A stretch of 64,000 bases of DNA from positions 591,216 through 655,215 of the forward strand of contig RDEW01000031.1 in assembly GCA_011109175.1 (NCBI GenBank). The letters run 5' to 3'. The notes beneath the pieces were generated by a model. It had not been told where the DNA came from. It searched no databases and saw only the letters and a program-made list of their open reading frames with translations. Made by a program: the position numbers and the translations under genes. This stretch comes from Dicyema japonicum. Taxonomy: Eukaryota > Animalia > Dicyemida. Shown in pieces: positions 39,991 through 52,879 of this stretch; within the stretch, counting starts at the first letter, position 1; every line of letters starts with the position of its first letter.

Positions 39991-41260
39991 TGTCTAATGA
40001 CAGACAAATGTAATTGGTCACAAACTCTTCGGAATTTGGCACACGTTTTACTTCAGAATAAATAACCCCAATGTATAATAAAATCTGAAGTATACCTTAT
40101 TTGTATTATTTTGATGATTTCTTTACAGAAATTGTCATAAATTGATGTGAATTTTTGAAGTTGTAAGCTTATCACACCTACTGACTCCCCAATTCTGAAA
40201 GTGTTTGATTACTTCAAGGATAGTCTCTGATAAATCTTGTTAATGTGTTTTTTGCTCACTTTTATCAAAAATGTGTCAATTCTCTCTGGTTTACTAGTTT
40301 AACACTCGTTTTGTTGAACCGGAATTAAACATTCGTTTTATTATTTAAAAAATCGATTATGTTCCTAAAATATAGATTCACGGATTCTATGTTTTTTCTC
40401 CACCAGCTTTATTTCATTCTTAATAAAATCAACAAATCTCCCGAATACACCTTTTTTTGCCTTTCAATATTGGCAAAGTGTATCTCTCGTTTCGTCATAA
40501 ACTCTGATTTCTTTTTCAGTTAATACGGTTGGTTGTCATAAACTGAATCCAGTTTCTCTTCTGTCGAATACGTTGTAAGAGTCTAATATGCCAATTGTCC
40601 AACATAAATAAAATCCATAATATTCCTTATAATTATGAATTGCGTCATTGATTCCCATTAAGACCTCCAATCTAAGAAATTTGAACTTTGTATGCTTCAG
40701 ACTATTGCGAGGGATTGACATGACTTTATTAATTTTAGGATAAAACCAATTTGATTCCCATTAAGACCTCCAATCTAAGAAATTTGAACTTTGTATGCTT
40801 CAGACTATTGCGAGGGATTGACATGACTTTATTAATTTTAGGATAAAACCAATTTCTACTATTTCTTTAATACAATATTTCTGGATTATCAGTATTCTTT
40901 TTATCTTTCCAGTCCTTTTGAGCTGTAGAACACTTTAGTGGGATTTCATGAGCCTCTTAAGTCAAAGGACACAGTTTCGATATTTCTTTTGAACCTACTT
41001 GCTTGTGTACGAAAATGTTTCTATATAGACAATTCCCTCTCAGGGACAATGTTTAATTCTTCATATGGTTTGTAGGCGTATTTGACAGATTGAGCTCTGG
41101 CACAATCCAACAATTAAAGGTCAATCTTAGTTTTACTGTCCTCAACCATACTTGCGAAATTGATTAAATGAGAAAATGAACAGGTTAGTCTTATCTAATC
41201 CTCCAAACACTTCCACGCGGTTGTTTCCTATACGGATTCTTTTATTAGAGATATTTTTTA
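39991..41260 (-). mobile_element. Possible decayed Penelope-like element (3' tail continuing at 37565-37685)
   Basis: Weak motif remnants only: FDRRETG, KNEIKLV, VYFRFYY. Confidence 0.3.
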
Positions 41261-41539
41261 AAACGACAACATACTGGAAAAACATGTGAGGAGAACCTTG
41301 GAAAGTGGGATCACTTAATCAGTTTTAACCTCAATCTTGATAATTTGTGGTAAATAAAATAAAAGAAGGTTTAGAAATCCCATTTTTTCAGAAGAAGGGG
41401 TCTTTGGTGTCAAGAAGGTGATATTTTTAAACTCCCACATAAATATAATTTGTTATTAAAATTTTAAATAATTTTTGAATATAAGTGAATGTTATAAATA
41501 TTTAAAATAATTATCGTAATGTTCTTGTCTTAATTGGAA

Positions 41540-44497
41540 ATGTCGAAGGTAATTTTTTTTGAGATCAAAGTTTAACTTTTTCAATTATTTGTCCAAGATT
41601 GTTAGCAGCAATCCATACAGTGAAGATCCTGAACTCTCAGAGCTAATTAAGCTAAAATCTGTAACGAATCGATGATTTTACGTAACCAGTTAGAATTTTA
41701 CGGATTTACTGAGGACTCCATTTGTTGTGCTTTCGACAGAAAAATGGATTTGTTTGTTGTTGGCCATAAAAGTGGTTTGATCAAACTCTACAACAAATCA
41801 GGTCACCACATCGTCCACACTCATTCTAATGTGGTTTGTATAATGCAGATTGAATTTCTCGAAAATTTGGTTTTCCTCCTATTTACAACCACAGGGGCTT
41901 ATTATATACGCCACATTCGATAATGTGATTACCCTCTTGGACTTTAAGGCCAATAAACTAGCTTTGGTTGGTAAATACAAACTGGCTCATGAAAAGTAGT
42001 TCTTTTATATTTTAGAGTTTTACGTTCTTATTTGTGTGCAAGCAAACTAATTGGGTTTATGTTGGGAGTGACCGCGGGAAGGTGTACACTCTCATGAGTG
42101 AGGACATTAGTCACACGTCTAATGTTATTTCCTTCAAAGATGTCTACTCTAAGGTTGTCGCCATCGACGTGTCGTACAAGGATCCTTCCAAAATATTGAT
42201 TGGTTATAGAGAAGGACTACTTATTGTGTGGAGTTTGAAGAAGAGATGTGTCAAACAGAAGATAGTAATTGGTCAAGTTATGTGGTATTTTATGCTCAGA
42301 GTCTTTTGTCTGCTGGCTTTCTGTGCGATGGTAAGAGTGCCCTAGGAGTCGATGTCTCACGGCTTTTGATCACTGACTTTGCAAGGACAAGTGTACTGGC
42401 AGAACACGTGGCTGTCTCTAATGTCCATGTTCTGGCAAATGAGTATGCTTTGTTTGTATTTTCAGTGTCTCTGTGTATATTGGTGATGACAATGTACATG
42501 TAGTTGCCAGTAATTACAGACAGAGTCTTCCATTTGGTTCAGTTTGTATGTGTTCTGCCGTAACTTCTCCTACAGCCGTGGTTTTCCTCTGTTATGAAGA
42601 TGTCTACCTACTAGAAACGTGTGATCTGTCAAAGTATGGTCATTTTAGCAGTTAGTTTGTCATTTACCTCCTTCTGGGATGTGTTTAAATTCAGACTCCC
42701 TACTTACATAAAATATGCAGGACTGTTGTACACTGGGTGGAGTTATTTGATAAATTTAGATACGCGGATGGGTCTGTCATGCTGTGGGATCTTACAAAAG
42801 GAGTACAACTAAGAGATCGGCTCGATTGGGGAAAACTATTTCTTGATTGTGACGGAACGGCGGACGTCACAGTCAAGTTTCTACAACCAGTTGGGGATAC
42901 TTTTTTGGCTGCTACTGACTTTAGTGCTGTGTTATATATGTACTCTGATACTGCAAGATCTGCCTCACTCCCTGTATAAGTGGAAGTAACTATAGGTCAT
43001 CGTCCTTGACTTACCAGATGTCGATGAGGTGGATATTATGATCATTGGCGATTTACCAGTCACGTGGAATGTCGGTTATCAGCCAGTGATTGGAATTTTG
43101 TCAAAGTCTGGGTTCATTACGTCGGTTGTTCATAACGGAAAAATGTATTTTCCGTGTTTATGTTTCAGAATTGTCGTTGGGTTCGGTTATCAGCCAGTGA
43201 TTGGAATTTTGTCAAAGTCTGGGTTCATTACGTCGGTTGTTCATAACGGAAAAATGTATTTTCCGTGTTTATGTTTCAGAATTGTCGTTGGGTTAAAGAC
43301 TGGAGATATATTTGTGGTTTCTGTGAGTGAAGAAAAATTGCTAGGACGCATTAATATCCCCACTATCGCCACTGGACTGGATGGTTGGCTTTATCTGTAA
43401 AATAGACTATTGCGTCACTTCCCTACAATTTTGCTGTGATTCCTCCGTGGTGGCTGGAATTACTGGGGGACTAATAGTCTTTATTCAGTTGAACCCCGGA
43501 TTGGAATACAATATTGGTTGCAACATAGTTTAATGTTAGGTATCTCTCAATGTCAGCCATTTAAGGGCTTAATATTTGTTGGGAGAGATATTGGATGTGA
43601 TGATGATTTGGTCATCTCCTGGTCTTCATCCACTATCACTGTTTGCTGTGTGGCATCATTCCTAGATTTATCAGTTTAACAGTGAGTTTATTAGTATTAA
43701 CAAACTCTCCCAACGAAACCTCCAATCCATTGTTAATGTGTCTCTCATTCGCCACCCACAAATATTAATTTTGTGTGAACTGGACAACAATGCAGTTGTT
43801 TGTTCTGTCCCCGACATGAGACAGTCCCCCTCCATATCCTATGAAAGTGAGGAGTCTGTTGAGTAAGGGGATGTGGTTATTGTAGGCAAGTTCATAAAAG
43901 GCGTNCAGTTGTTTGTTCTGTCCCCGACATGAGACAGTCCTCCTCCATATCCTATGAAAGTGAGGAGTCTGTTGAGTAAGGGGATGTGGTTATTGTAGGC
44001 AAGTTCATAAAAGGCGTTTATTTTGTTCGGATCACGGAATTGTGTTTTCACCGCGGAATAACGGATTGGTAGAGAAGTTTGCACTATTCGAGTTTATTGT
44101 TTATCATAACAAGTCATAATAATTCAGCCAAAGCTGTGTTCTATAATCCAGTGGTTCGGCCTTTGGCAACAAAATCTCAGTCCCTTATCAGGAAGATTCG
44201 AGGCTACTCAAATTGTGAGCAAATGCGTAAGTGAGTTCATATATTCTTAGTAAGCAATCCAGTAAAACCAGCTGCGACAATGTCTGCTTTGAAAGACACT
44301 GTGGATTTATATATGGTGGGGTATTATTATAGAATTTGAACCAACGTTCCGATAAACTGAACCAACTGAGCGACCGTGTGGAGAGTGTGGCTAATAGGGC
44401 TAAAATGTTCTCTGATCTTAGTAAACAAGTTAAGGTTTATTCTATTGTGTAGTTGTGTGATAAATATGAGAAAAAATCAAAATTTCCATTTTTCTAA
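41540..44497 (+). CDS. STXBP5: Tomosyn / Lgl-family WD40 protein with C-terminal R-SNARE motif (STXBP5-like), many tiny introns
   Basis: FYGFTEDSICCAFD..LFVVGHKSGLIKLY, WVYVGSDRGKVY, DPSKILIGYREGLLIVWSL, LYTGYADGSVMLWD. C-terminus LNQRSDKLNQLSDRVESVANRAKMF..KYEKKSKFPFF*. Two probable assembly duplications lie inside. Confidence 0.82.
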
Positions 44498-45019
44498 CTT
44501 TTATTTATATTAAAATATAATATTTTTACATTTCTGTGATTTTAGAAATTATTAAATTTACTTCACCTCTGATAACATTAGGAAACACGCATCCTAAACA
44601 GGTTGCTACCAAAGTCCTGGTGGTCCAGGGCAAACAAAGATATCTCTAACTTCTCTTCCATCCATAGGTGGACTATGCGAACATTGTCGAAGTGCAAGTC
44701 CCACTCCAGGAGCAGCTAATCTGAACTTCTGATCTCAAAAGGTACGTTTACTATTTTGTTGTTTCAAGGGTCTGTATAGCACAACTGGATATGAAATCGT
44801 ATATTTTTCAGTTTAGAAAATGATATCTATTTGCGTCAGTTAAGCTTAATATTTGACGAAAGTTATATGTTAGAAAATAATTATAGAGTACTAAACACAA
44901 AAATATATCAAATTAGTCCTGTAAAACATGTTTTTTGAAGTTATTGGGGGATTGAAAATTTGCGGTTTAGTGAAAATTTCTTAAATCCATTTGAAACGTT
45001 TGAACCACAATACAATCTC

Positions 45020-46090
45020 CCATCTCACACAGATCTTTATTCAATCTCTAAACTCCAATAATTGGAAGAACTCATTTCTCCTTCCAATTCTATAACTCGG
45101 AGGCCGAAAGGATATCCTTTTTTATTCCTATCTTATTAATCCACACCCTGTCCAAAGTACCTAAAGTCATCCTCTTACCCCTTATCCACAACCATGATTC
45201 CAGCACGGTTTTGCTCAAGAAGATCGACAACTACACACTGTCCCAATTTACTATTATGACAAAAATGCAGTCATTTTTAGTGATATCAATATACACTTCA
45301 TTGGAAAATTTATTAAACACTCGTCCAAACATGGAGGTTGAGGATGGTCAACTTTTACTCGGGTTGACGTAGGAGGATTTACTTAACCACCCCAGATTAA
45401 GATCATGATTGATACTAAACGCAGTGATCCATGGTTCTCCATCTCTCCTGCTCTCTGTTTATACATGATACAAGAACAAACTAGTATCCTATCCAGATTA
45501 CTTATCGTCTCAGCCATAAACCGTTCACGTCAATCTCCAAGGATAAAGTAAAACTGGATAGTCTGTAAAAATGGTTGAAAAGGGTTCTCCATCTCTCCTG
45601 CTCTCTGTTTATACATGATACAAGAACAAACTAGTATCCTATCCAGATTACTTATCGTCTCAGCCATAAACCGTTCACGTCAATCTCCAAGGATAAAGTA
45701 AAACTGGATAGTCTGTAAAAATGGTTGAAAATTTTCTGCCTTTCAATATCTGCAGCTATGTCGACGTTTAAACTATTCATTTAGAATCGACGATATAAAA
45801 TACCAAGACTACCAACAATGATCCATTTTATAATTCTAGGATAACATAAAACATAAAGATTAATTTCACGACCCATACAAAAAGCTTTCATTAAGGACAT
45901 TCAGAAACTAAATGTTTAAGCGCATTCGTCAAAAAAATAAATACAATTTGAACGACTTTGTCCCACAAATCTACCGACAGACTATAATGCTGGCTGTGGA
46001 GTATGCCTCAGTCGATGGAGATTCGTCCTGCAAGAGCCATTACACCATCTAGTCGATTCACTATACCGATCAACTCTTCAAATGTTTGGT
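45020..46090 (+). mobile_element. Decayed Jockey-like LINE RT fragment
   Basis: PISY..LSK, QHGF..RST, GSPSLL and VEYAS remnants. Confidence 0.55.
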
Positions 46091-46099
46091 AACACAAGT

Positions 46100-46740
46100 A
46101 TATGGATAGACGAGGATTGTTGAGTGAAAGGGACACAAATCATGTTGTGATTTGGAAAAGTTTCTTCCTGAAATCAGTTTAAGACTTTTCTTTCCAAAAT
46201 TTGCGATACAACTGACGTAAGAGAAATAGGTTTATAAAAGGAATCCTTGTTGTTTTTGATTACAGGGATAATTATCAACATCAGTTGGTTGAGAATTCAT
46301 TGAGAGCATTGAGTCCGTTTAGTCCAAGGTGTTTCAAGTGAAGGATACATGGGCCATCAGGTCCTTTGGCAAGAAAGTTGTGCGCTTTTGGATCAAATCA
46401 TGTATTAGCGTTACGAGAACTTGGATATGACCTTTCGTACCTCGTAGTGGTTGGATTTTCTTAGGTCGAGTATCTTCGGACATTGGAATGTGACTGGTCT
46501 TGAAATAATTGGTCATCAAATCGTTTTACTGACGGCGAAAGTCTTTAGTTCGGTTGTTTTAATGAAGCATCCACTATGAGAGTAACCGGGATCAGTTTGA
46601 CTGACCTGAACATCCTCGATGAATCTCCAGAATTTTTGAGGTTTTGATTTTGGGGTAAAATGAGAAATGAATTCAGTTTATTTTTTTTGACTTTAGAAAT
46701 CAACATGGTTAAAAAATTTGTTACTATGCGGAGACTTAAT
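46100..46740 (-). mobile_element. Jockey-like LINE fragment; uninterrupted paralogue of 24080-24220 + 27349-27813 + 28256-28300
   Basis: Direct nucleotide similarity across both junctions. Confidence 0.75.
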
Positions 46741-47039
46741 TTACAATAATTGTTTAATTTTTCATTTATTTTGCACATTTGTGTGACATTACGCACGGAC
46801 AGCCTGTTACAAAAAATCATTACACGAGTTTTCCACGGAAAAGTAAATAAAATTGAGTATGAATGTCGACAAAGATACTTCACTGTCAAGAATGAGATTA
46901 TCAGAAAAGTCATTTGAAATTGTGAAGTTTGCTAATTTTTGCGTCCATTAAAAATTTAAGATTTCTTTTAATTGTTGACCCGAGATATAAATCACCATGT
47001 GTTCGCTTCTTGTCCAAATGAACGTTTTCTGATAGATTT

Positions 47040-48060
47040 TTATTTATTTATTAACCCCGGGACCACCGAGAAAAACAAAAGAAATGTCAACTAGTTAGGT
47101 GATCCCAGTTCCCGCTACCAAACGTGCCATCTAAAGCCTGTGCGTCTTCACTGTTCCCAGTGCCGAAAGGAAATGCCTTCTTTGATCCTTGCAGAGGAAA
47201 CCGATTGGGGACGTAAATTTCTTTCCAACAGATTTTTATGCGTGAAACAGTGAGAGGCTGAGTGGGTGTCTAACTTCCTTGCAAATTCGGAGCAATCCGG
47301 AACCACATCTACTAGTTGTAGACTCCGTCGGCAGGGGAGGTATTTTTGTTCCACATTGTGGTCTCAGCATAGGTATTGTTTTTTTGCAGTAAGTTTAGTT
47401 TTTGGATAGTGTTTTCTGATAACACAAATCTCCATGCAGCAGAGGCATATTCCACGCCTGGCGCGATTGTCTGGCGGTATATAATTCCGATTGCTTAATT
47501 CATATTCACTGGGGTCTTCTGGATAAGTGCCCGTGTGGCATTCATTTACTGCAGTCCTTTGGTGAGGACTCGTTTGGCATGGTAGGTAAAATTAAGCAGC
47601 CTGTCGTAATCCACTCCCAGGATTGAGGGGTTTCTTGTGACAAGTATCCGAGTATGTCCGATGAATATTTCTGGAGCTTCTTTGGACCGACGGTTGGAGG
47701 TGAATAAATTGCATGTTGATTTTGGAGCCGACACGGAGAAACGGTTATCTACCAAGCAATCATGGATACAATATACTTTCTTCTGTGCGAGTGAGACAGC
47801 TTATGGTGTCGAACTGCTTCTTGTTGCAATGATATATCATCAGTATAAGAAACCACAGACTCTGCTAATTGTGGGAATTGAGATCACCCATTTTTTGAAG
47901 ATATTTTTGTTTTTCTTTCTCAGTGGAGTAATAATAAATTCTCAAATTCTCTTGTTATGAGAGCTTCTCTTTGATCATCCAGATTCAAAAAAATCAAGAA
48001 AGTTGGAGGTTAAGCTTCGGAACGACCAGGGGATATCTTAAGTCCAAATAAGAGAGAATG
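47040..48060 (-). mobile_element. I/Jockey-group LINE 3' fragment
   Basis: VSAPKST, NPSILGVDYD, VEYASAAW and the family 3' motif GGGATCAC. Confidence 0.75.
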
Positions 48061-48737
48061 TTCTATGTTCTATAGAGAGAATGTTAATTCCGTATTGAAA
48101 TTTCCTCGTTTAATAAAGTTTGGTATAATAATACTGCACTTTACAAAGAACCACATTGGCTATAGATCCTCCTAGGCACACTTTATTTAAGTGTAGAACA
48201 CTCATAACTAATCGATGAAAAAGAAATAAGGATTATGGAAAACTCTCATTTGTGGAGATTAATCCAAGATTCTCTAACAAACTGTATGAAGAGTAAGTTA
48301 CGGACACAAAGATCACTCAATTAGACGAAGACTCTTAACCTTTTGTAGTTCCCGGAGTAATAAATTAGATTATACAAAATCAAGTTTTTGTAGTGTCTAC
48401 CAGGTATAAACCTGAGCACTTGAGAGAAAATATACAAACTTTATTTTAACTCCAAAAATGTAAAATCAACTTATTTCCCGTTGGGAAAAGTTTTTCTTGC
48501 CTAATATTTTGAACGTTTTTGTAGTGTCTACCAGGTATAAACCTGAGCACTTGAGAGAAAATATACAAACTTTATTTTAACTCCAAAAATGTAAAATCAA
48601 CTTATTTCCCGTTGGGAAAAGTTTTTCTTGCCTAATATTTTGAACTATGTTAACTTTTAAATTGGATTTATGTCAAATAAATATCTTCATACTAATAACA
48701 GAAAGTAAATCAACATAATAACTATAAAAAATAGATA

Positions 48738-50011
48738 TCAAGGATAGGCACGTCTTCTATATGCCTCAGAAAGTGACCTAATAATAGACACAACAAAGTA
48801 TAGAGTGATAATCGTAGTCAGAACATAGGAAATAACCCCAGACTGAATATAATCACAACGACAACCTTACTAGCATTCGAACTATGCAAACCAATCTTCT
48901 GGGCAGTAACAAAGTCCAACAGCAGCCTCTCCAATCTACTCCCCACGTAGGGCACATAACTACACAATCACACCCAATCAAACCATAAAAACGATATTAT
49001 TGTCTCAACGTGGTGCTGACTGAAGATCACAATAATTATCAACACCTTCTATAACAACATTCACAAACCTGCATCGGAGCCTTAATAAACCCCTTCCCAA
49101 TCAAAGTAGCACCGAAAAAACGCATGAACGGAATGTGAAAATGCCCGCACGTGATCCCTGCCAAATCGAAAAGAGGATTTGGAATCTAGACTAATTATCA
49201 CACCAAACCGAAGCACAAGCCAAGATGCCGAAGAACCCCAATTTCTGGACCAGGTGGTACAAAATTAGGCGCAGTCGGTTTACCAAACCCTCAGAATAAA
49301 ACTCTAAGGTCCTTACTAATTCCTGGACGTCGACTCCCTCCAGCTGTTTTATCTTGTTGAAACTCTCGTCCTGAACCCCTGACATCACTGAGGCCTTGGC
49401 CACGAAATACGGAGGAAGTTCGCCAATAGCCGTCCCCAGTCCCTTGGTCGTCAAACACTAACTAACCCACAGAAAAGTCTCCGACTTGACAAAAGAAAAT
49501 AATTTCATGATAGTTATCGCGACAGTTGCGGGAGATGTGGGACAATATATCCTACAATTAGCTAGTCTCTAACTCATGGGGGTAATTAGGAAAGTCCAGC
49601 GATTGGCATTCGTATGCAGAAATGGTAATCTGGGCCACGTGAGGTCCCTAATATGACTCATACATATTTACAAGGTAAATGACGAATGTGTGGAGACCAC
49701 AGCCGAGCCCCACTGATGACAAAATACCCAGCCAAATCCACCACAAGTACCACTGGATCATATAATAAGTCTAAATTGTATTTGAATGGTTACATGTTCT
49801 GATAACTCCACAAAGTTGTAGAGGAGTAATAAAATCAAGGGACTGAGTATCACTAGTCGAAAGAATAATGTGTTCGAGTACGCTCTGTTCATAAATTTAT
49901 TGAATACTTTATTGTAATCTGTCTTAGAATGTAAATTAGTTGTAATAACGCTTGAAATGTTGAAATAAACGTTTCCAGGCATAACCAAGTAAAAAATTGA
50001 ATCACAGACAT
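48738..50011 (-). CDS. VMP1: Vacuole membrane protein 1 (VMP1/TMEM49), multi-exon; start codon approximate
   Basis: [73 protein letters not shown] and [14 protein letters not shown]; TGA at 48738-48740. Confidence 0.93.
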
Positions 50012-50109
50012 CTACGTAATGCGATTAATTATTTTTGAATTATTTAAATTTACTATTTGACATTTGGATTATTTTTAATTAATAACAAATTTATAAATTA
50101 TTAATATTC

Positions 50110-50345
50110 AAAGACAGAGAAAACGAGGAGGACCTTATGCTATGGACACTTACTCCGAAAAGACGAATTCGGTTCTTGTCTTCCTTTACCAGACAAGTTA
50201 TCATTTATTCTTCAAGCAGCTTTCTCATATCCGAGACCTCCGGTGAATGTAGAGACCTGTGGAAGCGTTCAGCATTGCTGCTTGACGCTTGGGGACAGCC
50301 GACCTCCTACAAGGTAGCGAGGTCGGGGTTAATAACTAACTAATA
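50110..50345 (+). mobile_element. LINE 3' stub ending in a strong hairpin and (TAAC)n tail
   Basis: HLFF..DLW remnant; hairpin CCGACCTC-CTAC-AAG-GTAG-C-GAGGTCGG at 50299-50326. Confidence 0.5.
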
Positions 50346-52879
50346 TTCAATCTTAGATGGTTGGTGTGATAAGGTGCTTTGTGGAGGCCAATTGAATTCT
50401 CTCTGAAAATCACTGTGAGAAATTGTCAGGGGGAAAAAGAAAACTCACTTTTGTCAACATGGGTGGATGTAGAATGCTATGATTCAGTTGATTATTTTTA
50501 CCTAGTCGAATGCTGTTCTGTTATTGTCAAAGTTTATTATTAAAATTCCCAGGATTGGTATCCCCCCGTTTCCCACAAGCATATAGTACTTAAGGTTTTG
50601 TGGTGCACTCCAATTATCCACACCACTAGTTTCTTTTGCCTAACGTTCCTCTTCCCTTGTTTCGTATTTAATCTGTTTTTGGTTTCCTCCAAATTGGGCA
50701 CAATAATGATCCTGACAGAATGGAAATAATTCTCGCTTGTCTATAAGAAAGTTGCGTAAAACATGTCCGAACAGTCCCAACATGATTTTTGAACTTTTTG
50801 GTTTATCAGTTTGTAGAGTTTCGTTTGTGATACACATAGTGTCTTTCAAGATTTATTTTCTGTGTTCCCACGTTTCAAAGTTAAATAATGGGATTTTTTG
50901 CACTAAAAAGTCATATAAATGCATTCGGAGATTCATGCTTTACGCACTTCCATATGCTTCACATATTTTTACTGCAGAAGACGCCAACATTATTCTACTA
51001 ACAATGTCCTCAGAATTCCCAAAAGCAAGCCGATTTTTTATAAATGTCTATTTTTCATCAATTACTATGGGATCTCTTTAACGTTGGGTTAATTTTGATC
51101 GTCTCTCCAAAGTATTCTTTATGATTATTTCCTTGCTTTATTCACAACTCCAATACGTAACCCTACATCATTTGACAAAAAGTCTGACGAAATTAGTTCT
51201 ACAGACGTTCGTTTAGATAGCCCAATTTTCTTGCATTGTCCCTCAAAGCAGCTTCAATGTATTTGCAAAGGGTCTGGCGAAAGTGAGTCACCCTTTAGGA
51301 GTACAGATGTAATTAAAATTACAACCTTCAGATTCTTGAGTGGATTATTCCCTGTTATGGAAGGTTAGTGTTGATTATCTCGTTGAAGAATAAAAGATAT
51401 TTTCAACCAGTTGAGTCTGTGTTTTAGCAATTCCTCACAAATATTGTCAAAAATAGTGAGTANCAGCTTCAATGTATTTGCAAAGGGTCTGGCGAAAGTG
51501 AGTCACCCTTTAGGAGTACAGATGTTATTAAAATTACAACCCTCAGATTCTTGAGTGGATTATTCCCTGTTATGGAAGGTGAGTGTTGATTATCTCGTTG
51601 AAGAATAAAAGATATTTTCAACCAGTTGAGTCTGTGTTTTAGCAATTCCTCACAAATATTGTCAAAAATAGTGACTAATTTTGGAATCCATGAAGACTAT
51701 GACCGAACTTGGACTATATTTTTAATTGATTTTTGTTGATTCTCGCTTGAGTATTGCACATTTTACTACATGAACAAAATCTCCACTCGGTCGTGTAAAA
51801 AATTAAACCGTGAAGTTTTTTTTTGATTTCATGTCGAAGTGAATTCCGTGACTTGTTTAGTTCATCTCTTTGTGGAGTTATAGTTATAAGCATTTTACAT
51901 CGCTTGTATTAGTACCATACCATTCTTCGGTGACCCACTTTATAACTTGAGTGATTCTTGCAATGTTAGTTACTTACCTCATTCTCAATAGCATTTAGGG
52001 GAGGCTGCCATCAAGCGTCAACTTTGAGATGATGGGCGCTACCACAAGTCCCATAGAATCATTGGTGGGTCTGGTCAAGATAAGAATTGATTGATAATAC
52101 CTCCAAAGATAGTCAAAACTCAGATTCGAGGAGGAAAGATTTTTGATGATTCATTTTGTTGCTTCTGGTTTGTGTTGTAGGATCAAATTCATGTCCCGAC
52201 TCCTCATTCACTATCCTCAGTTAAATGTAAATAGAATCCGCAACAAAATTTCAAAACTGAACTCTTTTATGACAAATTTGATCGTGGCATGGCTCTCAAT
52301 CAAGAATCAAAAATTATTCACGACCATTACCCCTTAATTGTCAGGATAATATGTAGTCCGTAGAGATTGGGTCCATGTGGGGGACTACCTCGATTATAAG
52401 AAGTGGACTAAGTTATTGTGATTATAATTAGCAAGGAAAGATAAGTTAGGATGTTCAGGGTGTGATTGAAGGAAAGGAGCCCTGCCAATTGTTGGCTTAT
52501 CTCCGCCATTGAAATGTACGCTTTTTCTAGCGGAAACGATAATAGTTTTTCATTATTTTAACTCTCTTCACTCGAATAACAAATTTAATAGTTGCTCCTC
52601 TCGTTATGATTCTATACTTGCTTTCTTGAAATGTACGCTTTTTCTAGCGGAAACGATAATAGTTTTTCATTATTTTAAGTTTCTTCACTCGAATAACAAA
52701 TTTAATAGTTGCTCCTCTCGTTGTGATTCTATACTTGCTTTCTTATAAAAGCCATCCCTCATATCCGCAGATAAGGGGACCACCACTCTATTCCTTGTAT
52801 CTCGCGTTACAACAATGAGAGAAGGATCTCCAAACAAATTTCTAAACTTAATACATTATTATTCTCTACTATACTAGTT

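Noticed and set aside
50500-52200. Very decayed minus-strand LINE, possibly L1/Tx1-like
   Set aside because: Only scattered weak remnants (HGF, FPFC); too degraded to call a clade.
11799-52745. Near-exact tandem duplications with periods of about 103-215 bp (starting near 11799, 26505, 40648, 43072, 43793, 45433, 48384, 51249, 52509) and the pair flanking the N-gap at 37836-38464
   Set aside because: They are read-length sized, occur as two copies only, fall indiscriminately in genes and TEs, and several are joined by a single N or a gap. This is typical of unmerged contig or haplotype overlaps, not biology, unless long reads confirm them.
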